From the NCBI GenBank assembly GCA_944362615.1, contig CALVTM010000005.1:22043-86042 (forward strand): a stretch of 64,000 nucleotides of DNA, written 5' to 3'. Below the pieces are notes generated by a model that was given only the letters and a program-made list of their open reading frames with translations, did no database searches and was not told where the DNA came from. The position numbers were made by a program, and so were the translations under genes. Every line of letters begins with the position of its first letter. Position 1 is the first letter of the stretch. This DNA is from an uncultured Clostridia bacterium (lineage in GTDB: Bacteria; Bacillota; Clostridia; Christensenellales; Pumilibacteraceae). Below, piece after piece: positions 10,011 through 21,045 of the stretch.

Positions 10011-10185
10011 GGTTATTCTCCTCCTGACTCTTTGTTGATAACCATTATAACACGGCTGAACCGAAAAGTAAATAATTTTAGAGCACTTTATTGGTGATAA
10101 AACTAAAACATAAACCGTTTTGACGGTAATTTTTCCGTTTTACCCTTTCCCCCGCATTGTAACAGTGCGGGCAGCGCCGGACCGG

Positions 10186-11079
10186 TCAGTCCTCTATGTG
10201 CCTAAGCTCGTCCGCCTCCGCTTTGCTGATGCGGACATCATCGGCGGCACTGGACGAATCCAGCTTTGTTACTTTTTCTATCGGATAATCGCTGACGTCA
10301 AACGAGCCGTCGCGGTTTTCCGTACGTACCTTGACTGTCATGCGCACCTGATTTACTCCCGAAACGGTACCTTCGACGCTTTCATTGCCCTTTTCCACAC
10401 GCACTACGCTTCCTATCTTCGGCAGCTGTTTGTTCGCTTCGGTGTAATAAGCGTTCTCGTAACTGAGACAGCACATGAGCCGTCCGCAGAGTCCGCTTAT
10501 TTTTCCGGGGTTGAGCGAAAGATTCTGGTTCTTAGCCATTCGGATATTAACTTTCGCAAAGTCACACCCGGACGCACAGCAGCACTCCCTGCCGCACGGT
10601 CCGAAACCGCCCATCATACGGCACTCATCTCTCGTGCCTATCTGGCGCAGCTCTATCCTGGTTCTGAACGCGCTCGCAAGATCTTTTACCAGCTCACGGA
10701 AGTCCACGCGGCTCTCGCTCGTGAAGTAAAGCACGAGTTTTGCTCCGTCTATCGTGTACTGAGCGTCGACAAGCTTCATGTTCAGCTTTCTGGCGGTTAT
10801 CTTTTCCATGGCTATGCGCATAACTTCCGGCTTCTTGGCTTTATGCTCTTCATAACGCTCAAGATCGCTCTCGTCCGCTTTTCTGAGTACCGGCTTCAGC
10901 GGCGCAACGATTTTCTTTTCGTCCACATCGGCAGCGGGAGTGCGCACGGTTCCTATCTCCACGCCTCTCGCCGTCTCAACGATCACGCTGTCGCCCACCT
11001 GATACTCCGCGTCCTCTTCTACTCCGAACCAATATACTTTAGGCGTATTGTCGAACTTAACGCCCACTACTCTTGGCAT
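10186..11079 (-). CDS. yaaT: PSP1-domain protein YaaT/RicT (stage 0 sporulation protein-like)
   Basis: 297 aa. N-terminus VVGVKF....KVYWF and a Cys-rich PSP1 core (CGRLMCCLSYE). Positioned after holB as in Bacillus. Confidence 0.85.
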   Translation of the reverse strand: MPRVVGVKFDNTPKVYWFGVEEDAEYQVGDSVIVETARGVEIGTVRTPAADVDEKKIVAPLKPVLRKADESDLERYEEHKAKKPEVMRIAMEKITARKLNMKLVDAQYTIDGAKLVLYFTSESRVDFRELVKDLASAFRTRIELRQIGTRDECRMMGGFGPCGRECCCASGCDFAKVNIRMAKNQNLSLNPGKISGLCGRLMCCLSYENAYYTEANKQLPKIGSVVRVEKGNESVEGTVSGVNQVRMTVKVRTENRDGSFDVSDYPIEKVTKLDSSSAADDVRISKAEADELRHIED

Positions 11080-11992
11080 AATACATTACCTCCGAAACGG
11101 TTATAACAAACATGTCCGCTATTGCCGCGCGGTTGCCCGTCGCCGTGCGCGATACTGCTTCGCGCGTCGCCCTGAGCACTTCCGGCATAGCGTTAAGCGG
11201 AAATTTTTCCGCAAGCGTTTTTATATTGAATAATCCGTAAGTCTGCGTCTCCACTCCTCCGTGGCAGCGCATGACATCCCCCATTATGCGTTCAAAATAC
11301 ATCAGGGTGTCTTTCATATCGCTCCTGCTGTCACCGATAAGCTCGGTCGCCTCCAGCATACGCGCGCTCGGACCGAGTATGCCGGCAAGCCTGACCGCAC
11401 GCATGAGCGCATCCGTTTTTCTGCCGCTAAGCAGCGCGTCGAACTCCGTAAGATCATGTCCGCCGCCGTAAAGCGCATACGGCAGGTTCTCCTCCGTTTC
11501 CCCCGCAAACGCGCTCTCGACGTCCGGCGCATCCGGCTCTATGACTTCCAGTCTGCTCGCTATAGTCGGCAGCACCGACTTTACCGACGGCGCTATCACA
11601 AAAAATACCGAGCGCTCGGGTGCTTCTTCCAGCGTCTTGAGCAGCTTATTCTGCGCCGCGTCATTGGTATCTCCGAGAATGAGCAAAAAAGCACGCCGCT
11701 TAAGCTCCGCCGGCGAAAGTCTGCAAGCGGATATCACGGTGTCCGCATCCTCCGCGCGGAATCCGTTCTCACCCAGCGTGAGTACGTCGCCGCACAAACC
11801 GGAAACTATCCGTCTGCGCGCCCACTCGCCGTTCTCCGCTATCACCGCCGCCGTCGCAATGCACTCGCACAGCAGCGTATCAGTCGATGCGAAAAGATAG
11901 GACTGACCGCTGTCGCCTGAAGCAAAATCGGATATCATCCGTCTGCCTGCCGCGCATCCGCCCGCTATTTTCAAATAACTTTCACTTATCAT
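11057..11992 (-). CDS. holB: DNA polymerase III delta-prime subunit-like protein
   Basis: 311 aa, AAA-like fold without an intact Walker A. The call rests mainly on conserved tmk-holB-yaaT synteny. Confidence 0.6.
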   Translation of the reverse strand: MISESYLKIAGGCAAGRRMISDFASGDSGQSYLFASTDTLLCECIATAAVIAENGEWARRRIVSGLCGDVLTLGENGFRAEDADTVISACRLSPAELKRRAFLLILGDTNDAAQNKLLKTLEEAPERSVFFVIAPSVKSVLPTIASRLEVIEPDAPDVESAFAGETEENLPYALYGGGHDLTEFDALLSGRKTDALMRAVRLAGILGPSARMLEATELIGDSRSDMKDTLMYFERIMGDVMRCHGGVETQTYGLFNIKTLAEKFPLNAMPEVLRATREAVSRTATGNRAAIADMFVITVSEVMYYAKSSGR

Positions 11993-12615
11993 CCGATGAT
12001 ACCGTAACTCTTAAGCGCGGCTATTATTGCTTCCGCGGTCTTGTGCTTATCCGCCATAGTCCGGATGAAAGCAAACCGCTCCTCTCCCTCGCCTATCTCT
12101 TTATAACCGGCATAAACGCGGTCGTGAAAATCCATGCCCGCAAGCTCCATGCGGTCGGCAGCCGAACGCCGCGTGTTTGCAAACGGCGGAGCATCCAGGA
12201 AAACCGTAAGATCTATACGTACTTCGCCCGTCGCATATGCGTTGAGCATGTCCACTTCACTGCGCTCAAGTCCTCTGCCGAAACTCTGATAAGCCGTAGT
12301 GGAGTCTATGTACCTGTCCACCACTACTATCTTGCCCGCCTGAAGCGCGGGTATGATTATCTTACGCGTATTTTCGCTCCGCGCCGCTTCAAACAGCAGT
12401 AACTCCGTTTCCGGACACATGTCGAGCGATTCGTCTTTAAGCAGAGCGCGCACCCGTTCGCCCACTTCCGTGCCGCCCGGTTCGCGCGTGAAAAGCGCGT
12501 CTATCCCGCGGGACTCAAAGTACTCCGCAAGCAGATTTATCTGCGTGGATTTTCCCACTCCCTCGCAACCCTCAAAGGTCACAAGTTTTCCGTTATGTGC
12601 ATATTCCGTTCTCAT
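11989..12615 (-). CDS. tmk: thymidylate kinase
   Basis: 208 aa. P-loop FEGCEGVGKST and DRY-type motif VVDRYIDST. Confidence 0.9.
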   Translation of the reverse strand: MRTEYAHNGKLVTFEGCEGVGKSTQINLLAEYFESRGIDALFTREPGGTEVGERVRALLKDESLDMCPETELLLFEAARSENTRKIIIPALQAGKIVVVDRYIDSTTAYQSFGRGLERSEVDMLNAYATGEVRIDLTVFLDAPPFANTRRSAADRMELAGMDFHDRVYAGYKEIGEGEERFAFIRTMADKHKTAEAIIAALKSYGIIG

Positions 12616-13625
12616 CTGTCTTTCCGCCTTTCAAGCAGTTCTCCGGCGGCGTTTCCGAGCGCCTCCAGTCCTCTTTCATCGTCATACGGCGTGAGTATGA
12701 ACACGACGTATCTGTCATCGTATTTTTCGGCAGCTATACCGCGCCGGTAAAACGCGTACGCTGTCCGCCTGCCCTCGCCCTGTCCGCAGTCGAACACCAG
12801 CCGGGTCGGATCGGCGTTATCCGCGCACACAAATTTTTCGTGCATCTCCCGCGAAAAGCGCACGAGCGCGTCATATCTGCCCTTTATGCTCTCCGCTTCG
12901 TCCACGCACTTCTCAAGCGACGCAAGCAGCATATAATTCGGGCTTGTCGTACCCAGCGCGTCCAGCGCTTTGTCGATACCTTCCGCTATACGTCCGCCCG
13001 CCGCGACAAACGCCGTCTGCGTCATGCTTCCGAGCGTCTTATGCGCGGACATATTGCATGCGTCCGCCACTTTAACCGCGCTTACCGGGAACAGATCGGG
13101 TCTTAAGGCAAAGTGCGCGCCGTGTGCCGAATCGGCTATCAGCAAGCCGCCGAGCGAATGTACCGCATCGGCTATTTTCTTAAGGTCCGCCACTCTGCCG
13201 TAATAATCGGGATATTGCACCACGGCGCAGTCCGCACCGCTCCGCTTCATCGCGTCGTATATATCGTCAGCTTCCGTGAGCCGCGGCAGACCGTTCACAT
13301 ATCCGCCGCCCACAGTCACCGCCTCAAGTCCGGCAAGGTAAGCCGCCTCATCGACAGCCCTGTGACGATACGCGTCCGTCACTATGCCTTTCGGACGCGC
13401 CGCAAGCACGGCAGTCTTTATACCGATCGACGAGCCGTTCACGAGAAACCGCAGCTTCTCGGCGCCGTACAGCTCCGCCGCCCTGTCCTGAGCGCGTGTG
13501 ATAAGATCCCCCGGGAATATATCGAGTATCTCCGTTATATCCTCGGGAAATACGCTTCCCTTATGCCCGGGAGTATGCCCTCTGTATGCGGGAGCATAGC
13601 TTTTTATAAACTCACCGATCGTCAT
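12612..13625 (-). CDS. PLP-dependent Orn/Lys/Arg decarboxylase-family protein (YaaO-like, short form)
   Basis: 337 aa. HTPGHKG N-terminal motif and SAHKTLGSMTQ lysine motif. Position upstream of tmk as for B. subtilis yaaO. Confidence 0.7.
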   Translation of the reverse strand: MTIGEFIKSYAPAYRGHTPGHKGSVFPEDITEILDIFPGDLITRAQDRAAELYGAEKLRFLVNGSSIGIKTAVLAARPKGIVTDAYRHRAVDEAAYLAGLEAVTVGGGYVNGLPRLTEADDIYDAMKRSGADCAVVQYPDYYGRVADLKKIADAVHSLGGLLIADSAHGAHFALRPDLFPVSAVKVADACNMSAHKTLGSMTQTAFVAAGGRIAEGIDKALDALGTTSPNYMLLASLEKCVDEAESIKGRYDALVRFSREMHEKFVCADNADPTRLVFDCGQGEGRRTAYAFYRRGIAAEKYDDRYVVFILTPYDDERGLEALGNAAGELLERRKDR

Positions 13626-13778
13626 CCGATATATTATATCATTATATTATCGCTTTTGCAAGGGATTTTACTCGGCGCCTGCCATTCAGACGCTTGCGCC
13701 ACCGCGCACGAGCTCCGGCAGCAAAAGTATGTCGCGCTCTATCCGGAGCACTTCTCCGCATGCCATGCGCGTCCGGCA

Positions 13779-13820
13779 AAATAAAAAACAGCGCTTTGTC
13801 ATAGCACTGTTTTTCATTTT
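13779..13820 (-). terminator. putative bidirectional terminator after the ALDH gene
   Basis: Stem ACAGCGCT/AGCACTGT (one mismatch), flanked by an A-run and a T-run. Confidence 0.5.
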
Positions 13821-13845
13821 GCGGCAGCAACAGCCGCAGTTTACC

Positions 13846-15231
13846 TTATTTAAGGAAAAATCTGATCATTTTTTCAAACGCGCTGCCCGGTTTGTAAGGA
13901 CGATAGCGCATCGGCAGATCCAGTTTGGAGCTTTTGTGCAGTATGCTCTTAAGATGAGAGAACGCGTCGAAACCTGTTTTGCCGTGGTACGCGCCCATAC
14001 CGCTCTCGCCCACTCCGCCGAATCCGAGCTGACTTGTCGCAAGATGTATCACAACGTCGTTCACACAGCCGCCGCCGTACCGGCACCGGTATGTAACGGC
14101 ATTGATATGCTGTTTGTTTTCCGAAAAGATATAGAGCGCAAGCGGCTTCTGTCTGCCCTCGAGCATACCGAATATCTGATCGAAATCATCATACGCTATG
14201 ATCGGAAGCACGGGTCCGAATATCTCCTCGCCCATTACTTTATCGTCGCACGTCACGTTCGTCATGACCGTCGGCTCTATCTTGAGCGCGCTTCTGTCAG
14301 AGCGTCCGCCAACGACCGTCTTATCCGCGTCTATAAGTCCGCATATCCTGTCAAAATGTTTTTCGTTTATTATCTTGCCGTAATCGGGGTGTGAGATCGG
14401 ATCATCGCCGAGCTGAAGGGTTATCTGCTTCTTAAGCTCCGCGACCAGTTCATCCAGCACGGAACGCTCGCACAGAACGTAATCGGGGGCGACGCACGTC
14501 TGTCCGCAGTTGAGGAATTTTCCGAACACTATGCGCTTTGCCGCAAGCGGTATTTTCGCACTCGCATCCACAATGCACGGGCTTTTACCTCCGAGCTCGA
14601 GAACGGCGGGAGTAAGCGTTTCCGCCGCGTGGCGCAGCACCTCTTTTCCGACATTCTGACTGCCCGTGAAAAATATCATATCGAATTTCTTTTCAAGCAG
14701 CGCGGCATTTTCCTTTCTGCCGCCGGTTATCACCGCAACATGCTCGGGAGAGAAACATTCGCTTATTATGTCCGCGACTATCCTGCTTGTTGCCGGAGAA
14801 TACGCGCTCGGTTTGAGTATCACGGTGTTCCCCGCGGCTATCGCATCGGCAAGCGGATCCATAGTGAGCAGGAACGGATAATTCCACGGGCTCATTATGA
14901 GCACATTTCCGTAAGGCGTAGGCAGTCCGTAACTGCGCGAAGGGAACTGTGACATCGGCGTATGGACCCGGCGCGGACGCGAAAATTTATTCACATGTCC
15001 GGTCATGTAAGATATTTCACCGAGCACCAGTCCGGTCTCGCACATATAGCTCTCGTAAGCGCTCTTGCCGAGATCGGCGTGAAGTGCGTCCGCTATGTCC
15101 TTTTCATGAGATCTGATCGCGCTGTGCAGACGGCGAAGCGCATCCTTTCTTGCGGATACCTTCAGCGTTGCTCCGCTTGCAAAGTACCTGCGCTGACGGT
15201 CGAGTATATCGTCTATTTCCGTGATATCCAT
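13846..15231 (-). CDS. NAD(P)-dependent aldehyde dehydrogenase (class-3-like)
   Basis: 461 aa. ELGGKSP glutamate motif and catalytic Cys motif FLNCGQTCVAPDY. Confidence 0.9.
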   Translation of the reverse strand: MDITEIDDILDRQRRYFASGATLKVSARKDALRRLHSAIRSHEKDIADALHADLGKSAYESYMCETGLVLGEISYMTGHVNKFSRPRRVHTPMSQFPSRSYGLPTPYGNVLIMSPWNYPFLLTMDPLADAIAAGNTVILKPSAYSPATSRIVADIISECFSPEHVAVITGGRKENAALLEKKFDMIFFTGSQNVGKEVLRHAAETLTPAVLELGGKSPCIVDASAKIPLAAKRIVFGKFLNCGQTCVAPDYVLCERSVLDELVAELKKQITLQLGDDPISHPDYGKIINEKHFDRICGLIDADKTVVGGRSDRSALKIEPTVMTNVTCDDKVMGEEIFGPVLPIIAYDDFDQIFGMLEGRQKPLALYIFSENKQHINAVTYRCRYGGGCVNDVVIHLATSQLGFGGVGESGMGAYHGKTGFDAFSHLKSILHKSSKLDLPMRYRPYKPGSAFEKMIRFFLK

Positions 15232-15234
15232 CCG

Positions 15235-16440
15235 TTACTCCTTTTCCGCGACCATGCGGTAATATTTTTCCAGCTGTTTTGCGTCCATCGTCACCGGAAC
15301 GGGATAGAGCGGATTCGCTTCCCTGTCCGCATGATGCGCCATCGTCGGGATATCCTCCTCCCTTATGCCCCTGAGCTTTTCGGGAATGTTCATACGGCGG
15401 TTGAGCTCGCGCACTGCCGCTATGAATTTACGCGCCCCTTCCGCATCGGTATCCTTTTCATCCGCAACTCCTGCCGCTATGCCGAGACGGTGCAGCTTTT
15501 TATGCGCCGCTTTGCCGTAATCTTCCAGTACTATCGGCATAAGTACGGAATTCGCAAGCCCGTGCGGAATGTTGTACTGTCCGCCGAGAGAGTGCGCGAT
15601 CGCATGTATATATCCTACGTACGACTTTGAGAAAGCTATGCCCGCATCGTATGCCGCTTCCAGCATTTTCGCACGCGCCTCGCGGTCATGCCCGTTTGCA
15701 TACGCCCTTTCGATATATGTAAAGATCAGCGACGTCGCACGCAGTGCGCGTTCTCTCGTTTCTCTGCTCGTAGACCTGCCTATATATGCTTCTACGGCAT
15801 GGGTAAGCGCATCCATGCCCGTTGTGGCAGTAAGATGCGGAGGAAGCGAGTACGTCACTTCCGGATCGAGTACGGCGTAACGCGGAATAAGCGTAAAATC
15901 ATTCATCGTGTACTTATGCTTTTTCTGTTCATCGGTTATCACCGCGGCAAGCGTTACTTCGCTTCCCGTTCCCGCCGTCGTGGGTACGGCTATGAGCAGA
16001 GGTATGCGGCGGAGCACACGCAATACTCCGCGCAGCGACTGAAGAGATCTCTTCGGATAAGCTATCCTCGCGCCCAGCGCCTTTGCGCAGTCCATGGACG
16101 AACCTCCGCCGAACGCTATCATCCCTTCGCATCCCTCTTTGAGGTACATTTCACGCGCTTCCGCAACATTGGCTACGGTGGGATTCGCCCGTGTGCCGTC
16201 GTATACCGCGCAGTTTATCCCGCGGGCTGCAAGCAGTTCCTCCAGCGGCTTTGTAAGCCCTGCCGTGCGCAGACCTTTATCCGTTACTATCATTACCGAT
16301 TTTATGTTCTTTTTTTTAAGCAGCTCGGCTATTGCCGCTATACTGTCCAGTTTTTCCGGTTCTCTGTAAGGCAGAAACGGCAGCGCCATATGAAACGCCG
16401 TCTGGAACGTTCTGCAAAACGCCTTTCTGAATATATTCAT
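15235..16440 (-). CDS. iron-containing alcohol dehydrogenase
   Basis: 401 aa. GGGSSMDCAKA and metal-binding HAIAHSLGG motifs. Confidence 0.9.
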   Translation of the reverse strand: MNIFRKAFCRTFQTAFHMALPFLPYREPEKLDSIAAIAELLKKKNIKSVMIVTDKGLRTAGLTKPLEELLAARGINCAVYDGTRANPTVANVAEAREMYLKEGCEGMIAFGGGSSMDCAKALGARIAYPKRSLQSLRGVLRVLRRIPLLIAVPTTAGTGSEVTLAAVITDEQKKHKYTMNDFTLIPRYAVLDPEVTYSLPPHLTATTGMDALTHAVEAYIGRSTSRETRERALRATSLIFTYIERAYANGHDREARAKMLEAAYDAGIAFSKSYVGYIHAIAHSLGGQYNIPHGLANSVLMPIVLEDYGKAAHKKLHRLGIAAGVADEKDTDAEGARKFIAAVRELNRRMNIPEKLRGIREEDIPTMAHHADREANPLYPVPVTMDAKQLEKYYRMVAEKE

Positions 16441-16907
16441 TCTGTCTTATCCTCCTTGTCTGCGCCGTACATCCGGCATATCTCCTTAAGATTACCGCTT
16501 ATCAGCCGCAGTGATCTGTACATCGTGTCCCTGTCGCTTTCCGTCAGTCCCGCACTCGCATGTTCGAGTACCCGGTCGACTTTATCCGCTATGATCTTAC
16601 CGGTCTCCCTGCCCTTTTCGGTGAGCATCAGCAACGTCTGGTACCTCTTGTGTCCGCTCTCGTCCGCGCCCGTCAGATATCCGTTCTCCTCCAGGTGCTT
16701 CACCGCTCTCGATATGTTCGCCTTATCCTCGCCGCATACGTCGCTCAGTTCCTTAGCCGTAAGCGACTCCATCTTGTAAAGATAATACAGTATGTTGACG
16801 TGCGAACCGCGAAGCTCAAGTTCAGCCATTTCCTCTGCCTTGATCCGGTATATGTAGCGGCTTATCTCCGAGATAAGCACGGTGAATGTTTCAAATCTTT
16901 CCCGCAT
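16437..16907 (-). CDS. MarR-family transcriptional regulator
   Basis: Winged-helix region (LYYLYKMESLTAKELSDVCGEDKANISRAVKHLEENGYL). I trimmed the start to MRERF (ATG 16905-16907) because GGAGG lies 5 nt upstream. The track ORF extends to 17036. Confidence 0.8.
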   Translation of the reverse strand: MRERFETFTVLISEISRYIYRIKAEEMAELELRGSHVNILYYLYKMESLTAKELSDVCGEDKANISRAVKHLEENGYLTGADESGHKRYQTLLMLTEKGRETGKIIADKVDRVLEHASAGLTESDRDTMYRSLRLISGNLKEICRMYGADKEDKTE

Positions 16908-17064
16908 GAACGCCTCCGGTTTTATCTTGTTGTAATCACAACAAGCGTAATTATATAGTTCATTTACCGCTTTGTCAAGTAAAAAACCCGACTTTTGTGA
17001 AAATCGGGTGAATAATTTGTAAGTTTTGTGAAACAATATAACAAATTTATCGAGAATGCGGAGT

Positions 17065-17928
17065 TCAGAGTCCTTTTATGAAACTCCGGGAAAAAAGCTC
17101 TTCCGGCAACGGTTTATTCTGCGTTACACAATAGCGGAAAATGCCGCAAAGCTCAACAGTACGTTTGACGGCGCGGTTGTAAAGATCGTCGGCGCTGTCG
17201 CGGAGAATCAATGACGGATCGGACACATAGTACCACTCATTCCGATCCGCATTCAGTAATTTATCGTTATAATACGGTCGGGAAAAAAGCGCACCGAGCA
17301 GCGTAAACGGTTTTATTCCTATTTTACCGAGCGCGTCCGAAATGTGACGGCGCACGCCCGTTTTATCGTAAGTATTGCGTATGAACCGGAAATACGAACC
17401 GAGCGCCCGTCTGATATTTGATTCGGCTATCTCGACGCCGTGAACGGAGAGCGCGGCGCTCATCACGGTATACATGACGTGTATGTCGATATTCTTACGG
17501 CAGAGCGGCAGACGGAATTCGTGCATACGCTTTCCGCGAAGAAACAGAAAATAGGTATCAAGATCCCTTTCGGCGCGGGTATGGATGATGTTGCGATCCA
17601 TGCGTGTACCTCCCTTTGTCTGCGCGAGCCAGTAGATGTAGGGATGGAATACCGTGTCTGCGGCATAGTGGGAAATGTATCCGAGCGCATAGTCCATGCA
17701 CTCCGGACAGGTGCGGACGGTCTCGGCTACAGCGCTGAACGTGTCGTAAATGCGCTCACGGTGAAGCAGTTTCCCCGGGCGCATCCCGCCGCGCATGGAG
17801 ATGAATCTGTAAAAGAACATAGGGTCTCCGCCCTGCGCTCCGAGGTAAAAAGAAGGAAGATCGGCTATCCCTCCGATCTCTTCAAGCGCGTCCTCTGCTA
17901 TGAGCTGATGTGTATACGCATTAGGCAT
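17065..17928 (-). CDS. zinc-dependent phospholipase C-like family protein
   Basis: N-terminal THQLIAEDAL and SHYAADTVFHPYIY His-rich motifs. I trimmed the start to MPNAY (GGAGGGG upstream). The track ORF extends to 18045. Confidence 0.55.
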   Translation of the reverse strand: MPNAYTHQLIAEDALEEIGGIADLPSFYLGAQGGDPMFFYRFISMRGGMRPGKLLHRERIYDTFSAVAETVRTCPECMDYALGYISHYAADTVFHPYIYWLAQTKGGTRMDRNIIHTRAERDLDTYFLFLRGKRMHEFRLPLCRKNIDIHVMYTVMSAALSVHGVEIAESNIRRALGSYFRFIRNTYDKTGVRRHISDALGKIGIKPFTLLGALFSRPYYNDKLLNADRNEWYYVSDPSLILRDSADDLYNRAVKRTVELCGIFRYCVTQNKPLPEELFSRSFIKGL

Positions 17929-18130
17929 AAGCCCCTCCATTCCACCCGGACTTCCGTTCTTTTCATGCGCCGTCCGCACGACTTTGACCGGTTTTACGAG
18001 ACCGTATGACGTTTTCTCCGCTATTGCCCGGGCAGAAACGGACATACAGCCGTCACAACTATATCATATACACGTAACTGAACTTGTATACAAATCCCCG
18101 CGCATTGCCGCGCGGGGAAAAACTTACAGG

Positions 18131-20881
18131 TCATTCCGTATCTTCATTCGTTTCGTCATCTTTGGATTGTTTTTTCACTACGGCTCGGCGAAGCGGCGCA
18201 AGAATCGGACTGTTATCCTTTTCCGCCGCGTTATCGTTCGCTTTTTTCTCACGGTATTCGGCGATGACGCGCGCTTCCTCCTGACGCTCTTCCTCTTCTT
18301 TCGCGGCAGCTACTTCTACGGGCTGGGCAGTTATATTTATCCGACTTATCACGGCGGACAGTATGGACACGCCTCCGTACGCCGCAAGCACGACCGTTGA
18401 GATATACAGTCCGTCCTGGAGCGACAGCAGCAGGTTGCCGTTGTTGTCTATATACACGACGCCGAACAGCCAGTTCAGCACGAAAGTTCCGAGCAGGCAG
18501 CAGGCAAGCGTAACAACTACAAGCACTACGCGGTATGCGTTATAAGGCCGCGCAAGACGGAGAAGCACCATATAACCGGTATACGTCAGCGTTATCGTGA
18601 CCATTGTCTTGAACACCTGGTTATCCAGGACGTCCATTTCTCCGCCGCTCGGATGAGTCACGCGCCAGTAAACGTAAATAGCCATGACCGCGATAGTAAG
18701 CGTAAGTCCGCCCGGAGACGCGTTCTTCAGCATATTGCCGAGAAAACCGCCGTGTACCCTGTCCTTATTGATCTGCAACGAAAGGAACAGCGACGGTACC
18801 GCCGTTATGAAAAGCTCGTACATCAGCGTCTGCTCAGTCGTGAAGAAGTACGGCACGCCGAGTATCAGCGTTATTACGGAAAGCAGTATCGTCATCATGG
18901 TTTTCATAAGATACAGCGACGACGCTTTCGCTATGTTGTTTATTACCCGTCTGCCCTCCACGACTATATCCGGCATGGACGAGAAATTATTATCCATGAG
19001 CACGAGGTGCGCGACGTTTCTCGCCGCTTCCGCGCCGCTCGCTATAGACAGCGCACAGTCTGCCTGACGCATTGCAAGAATGTCGTTCACGCCGTCACCC
19101 GTCATAGCGACGGTGTGACCCTTGGACTTCAAACTGCTTACAAGTATGCTCTTCTGTTCGGGCGTCACTCTGCCGAATACCGTGTAACGGTTGGCGGCTT
19201 CCATGACTTCCTGATTGCTCAGACCTTCGAGCGAAATGTATTTATCCGCATTGACTACGCCTACACGGCGTGCCACTTCGGAAACGGTTATCGGGTTATC
19301 ACCGGAAATGACTTTTACTGCGACGTCGTTGTCTTTAAACCATTTGATCGTATCTGCGGCGTCTTCGCGGATATGATCCTCGATCACTATCAGACACACC
19401 GGTCTGCGAACGCCGGGCAGTTTGCCGTTCCTGATCTCCGTCGGGGAATGAGCAAGACACAGCACGCGATAGCCCTGGCTTGCATTCTCGTCCACAAGCC
19501 GGCGTATGCGGATACCCATATCTCCGAGGACGTACTCGGGTGCGCCGAGAAGATATGTTCCTATATCCTCGAACGTAACCGCGCTCAGTTTACGGTCGGA
19601 CGAAAACGGCAGTACGGTCACGGGACGGAATTTAAGGTTATATCCGAATTTATCCGCAAGCGCTATTGACGTCTGGTTGTTGTCCTCCGTCGCGCTCAGC
19701 ATGGAACCGATTATGTCGCCTGCCGGGAAACCGCCCTCCCCGCCCTTAATCTCGATCACTTTACGGACACTCATCGAACCGTCGGTTATCGTACCCGTTT
19801 TGTCCAGGCACAGCACGTCTACGCGCGCAAGCATCTCTATGCAGTACATATTGCGGACCATTGCATGACGCTTTACCAGTCTCAGCATGCTCGCCGTCAG
19901 CGCGACGCTCGTAAGCAGGAACATACCGGACGGTATCATTCCGATTATAGCGCCGCTCACCGTCGTTATGACTTCATAGAACAAATGACCTTGTCCGCGT
20001 CCCCAGAGATCGGGAGAAAGCGCGCCGCCTACCTGCGGAATGTATACGTTATAAGTGCGGATGAACATGACGACAGCTATCGGTATCATCATGACGGATA
20101 CGACCTTTATTATCAGGTTTATCGATCTGTTCAGTTCACTCTTGGGCTTGGTGTATTTCTTGGCATATGACGCAAGCGTCTCGACGTAATTCTCATCGCC
20201 TATCTTATTGACGCGTGCGCGGCAGCTTCCGGACGTTACATACGATCCGGAGTAAAGCACGTCGCCCGGTTTTTTGGAAATGGGTACGCTCTCGCCCGTG
20301 AGCATGGATTCATTCACTTCGCACTCGCCTGCGACAAGTATCGAATCCGCACATATCTGTTTGCCCGTTTCAAGCAGTATGATATCGTCCAGCACGACTT
20401 CGCGCACGCTTATTACCTTTGTCTCTCCGTCTCTGAGCACTATCGCCGACGGCGCTGTCACCAGTTTCAGTCTGTCGATCGCCATTTTAGCTTTGACTTC
20501 CTGGACTATACCGATGATCGTATTGACAAGAATTATGACGACAAACAGGAATTTGCTCCAGTCCACCGCAAAGTCCACGACAAGCGCCATCATAACGAAA
20601 ACTACAAGCACCACGAGGTTGAGATACGTGCAGATATTGGATATGATTATGCGCAGGTATGACTTACTGCCGCTTTTGCTCGTGATATTGAGATAGCCGT
20701 TCTCCATGCGCTCGGCTACCTGCTCGGAAGTGAGTCCCGTATCCGGCGACGGGTCATAGCGCTCCGCATTCTCGGACGATACCGCCCGTTGACGCAACGC
20801 TCTCCGCTTGGTTGCCGAATCGTAATTCAGCAGATCTATAGTAGACAGGCTTTTCGTGCCCTTTGTTTCCGTTTTTGCCAT
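18131..20881 (-). CDS. cation-transporting P-type ATPase (P2-like, Ca/Mg-type)
   Basis: 916 aa. TGES, CLDKTGTITDG phosphorylation site, MTGDGVNDILAMRQAD, about 10 TM segments. Confidence 0.9.
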   Translation of the reverse strand: MAKTETKGTKSLSTIDLLNYDSATKRRALRQRAVSSENAERYDPSPDTGLTSEQVAERMENGYLNITSKSGSKSYLRIIISNICTYLNLVVLVVFVMMALVVDFAVDWSKFLFVVIILVNTIIGIVQEVKAKMAIDRLKLVTAPSAIVLRDGETKVISVREVVLDDIILLETGKQICADSILVAGECEVNESMLTGESVPISKKPGDVLYSGSYVTSGSCRARVNKIGDENYVETLASYAKKYTKPKSELNRSINLIIKVVSVMMIPIAVVMFIRTYNVYIPQVGGALSPDLWGRGQGHLFYEVITTVSGAIIGMIPSGMFLLTSVALTASMLRLVKRHAMVRNMYCIEMLARVDVLCLDKTGTITDGSMSVRKVIEIKGGEGGFPAGDIIGSMLSATEDNNQTSIALADKFGYNLKFRPVTVLPFSSDRKLSAVTFEDIGTYLLGAPEYVLGDMGIRIRRLVDENASQGYRVLCLAHSPTEIRNGKLPGVRRPVCLIVIEDHIREDAADTIKWFKDNDVAVKVISGDNPITVSEVARRVGVVNADKYISLEGLSNQEVMEAANRYTVFGRVTPEQKSILVSSLKSKGHTVAMTGDGVNDILAMRQADCALSIASGAEAARNVAHLVLMDNNFSSMPDIVVEGRRVINNIAKASSLYLMKTMMTILLSVITLILGVPYFFTTEQTLMYELFITAVPSLFLSLQINKDRVHGGFLGNMLKNASPGGLTLTIAVMAIYVYWRVTHPSGGEMDVLDNQVFKTMVTITLTYTGYMVLLRLARPYNAYRVVLVVVTLACCLLGTFVLNWLFGVVYIDNNGNLLLSLQDGLYISTVVLAAYGGVSILSAVISRINITAQPVEVAAAKEEEERQEEARVIAEYREKKANDNAAEKDNSPILAPLRRAVVKKQSKDDETNEDTE

Positions 20882-21045
20882 ACCGTCATTATACTACTTC
20901 CGCCCGGTATTGTCAACGGCTATAAAAAAAATCGCTCTGCCCTCCCGATTATAATTTCCGCCCGCTTATTATACTTAATATCAAAATTATTTAAAATACT
21001 TCCCAAATCGCTCAAACTCTGATATAATTTACAAAAAGGGAGGAA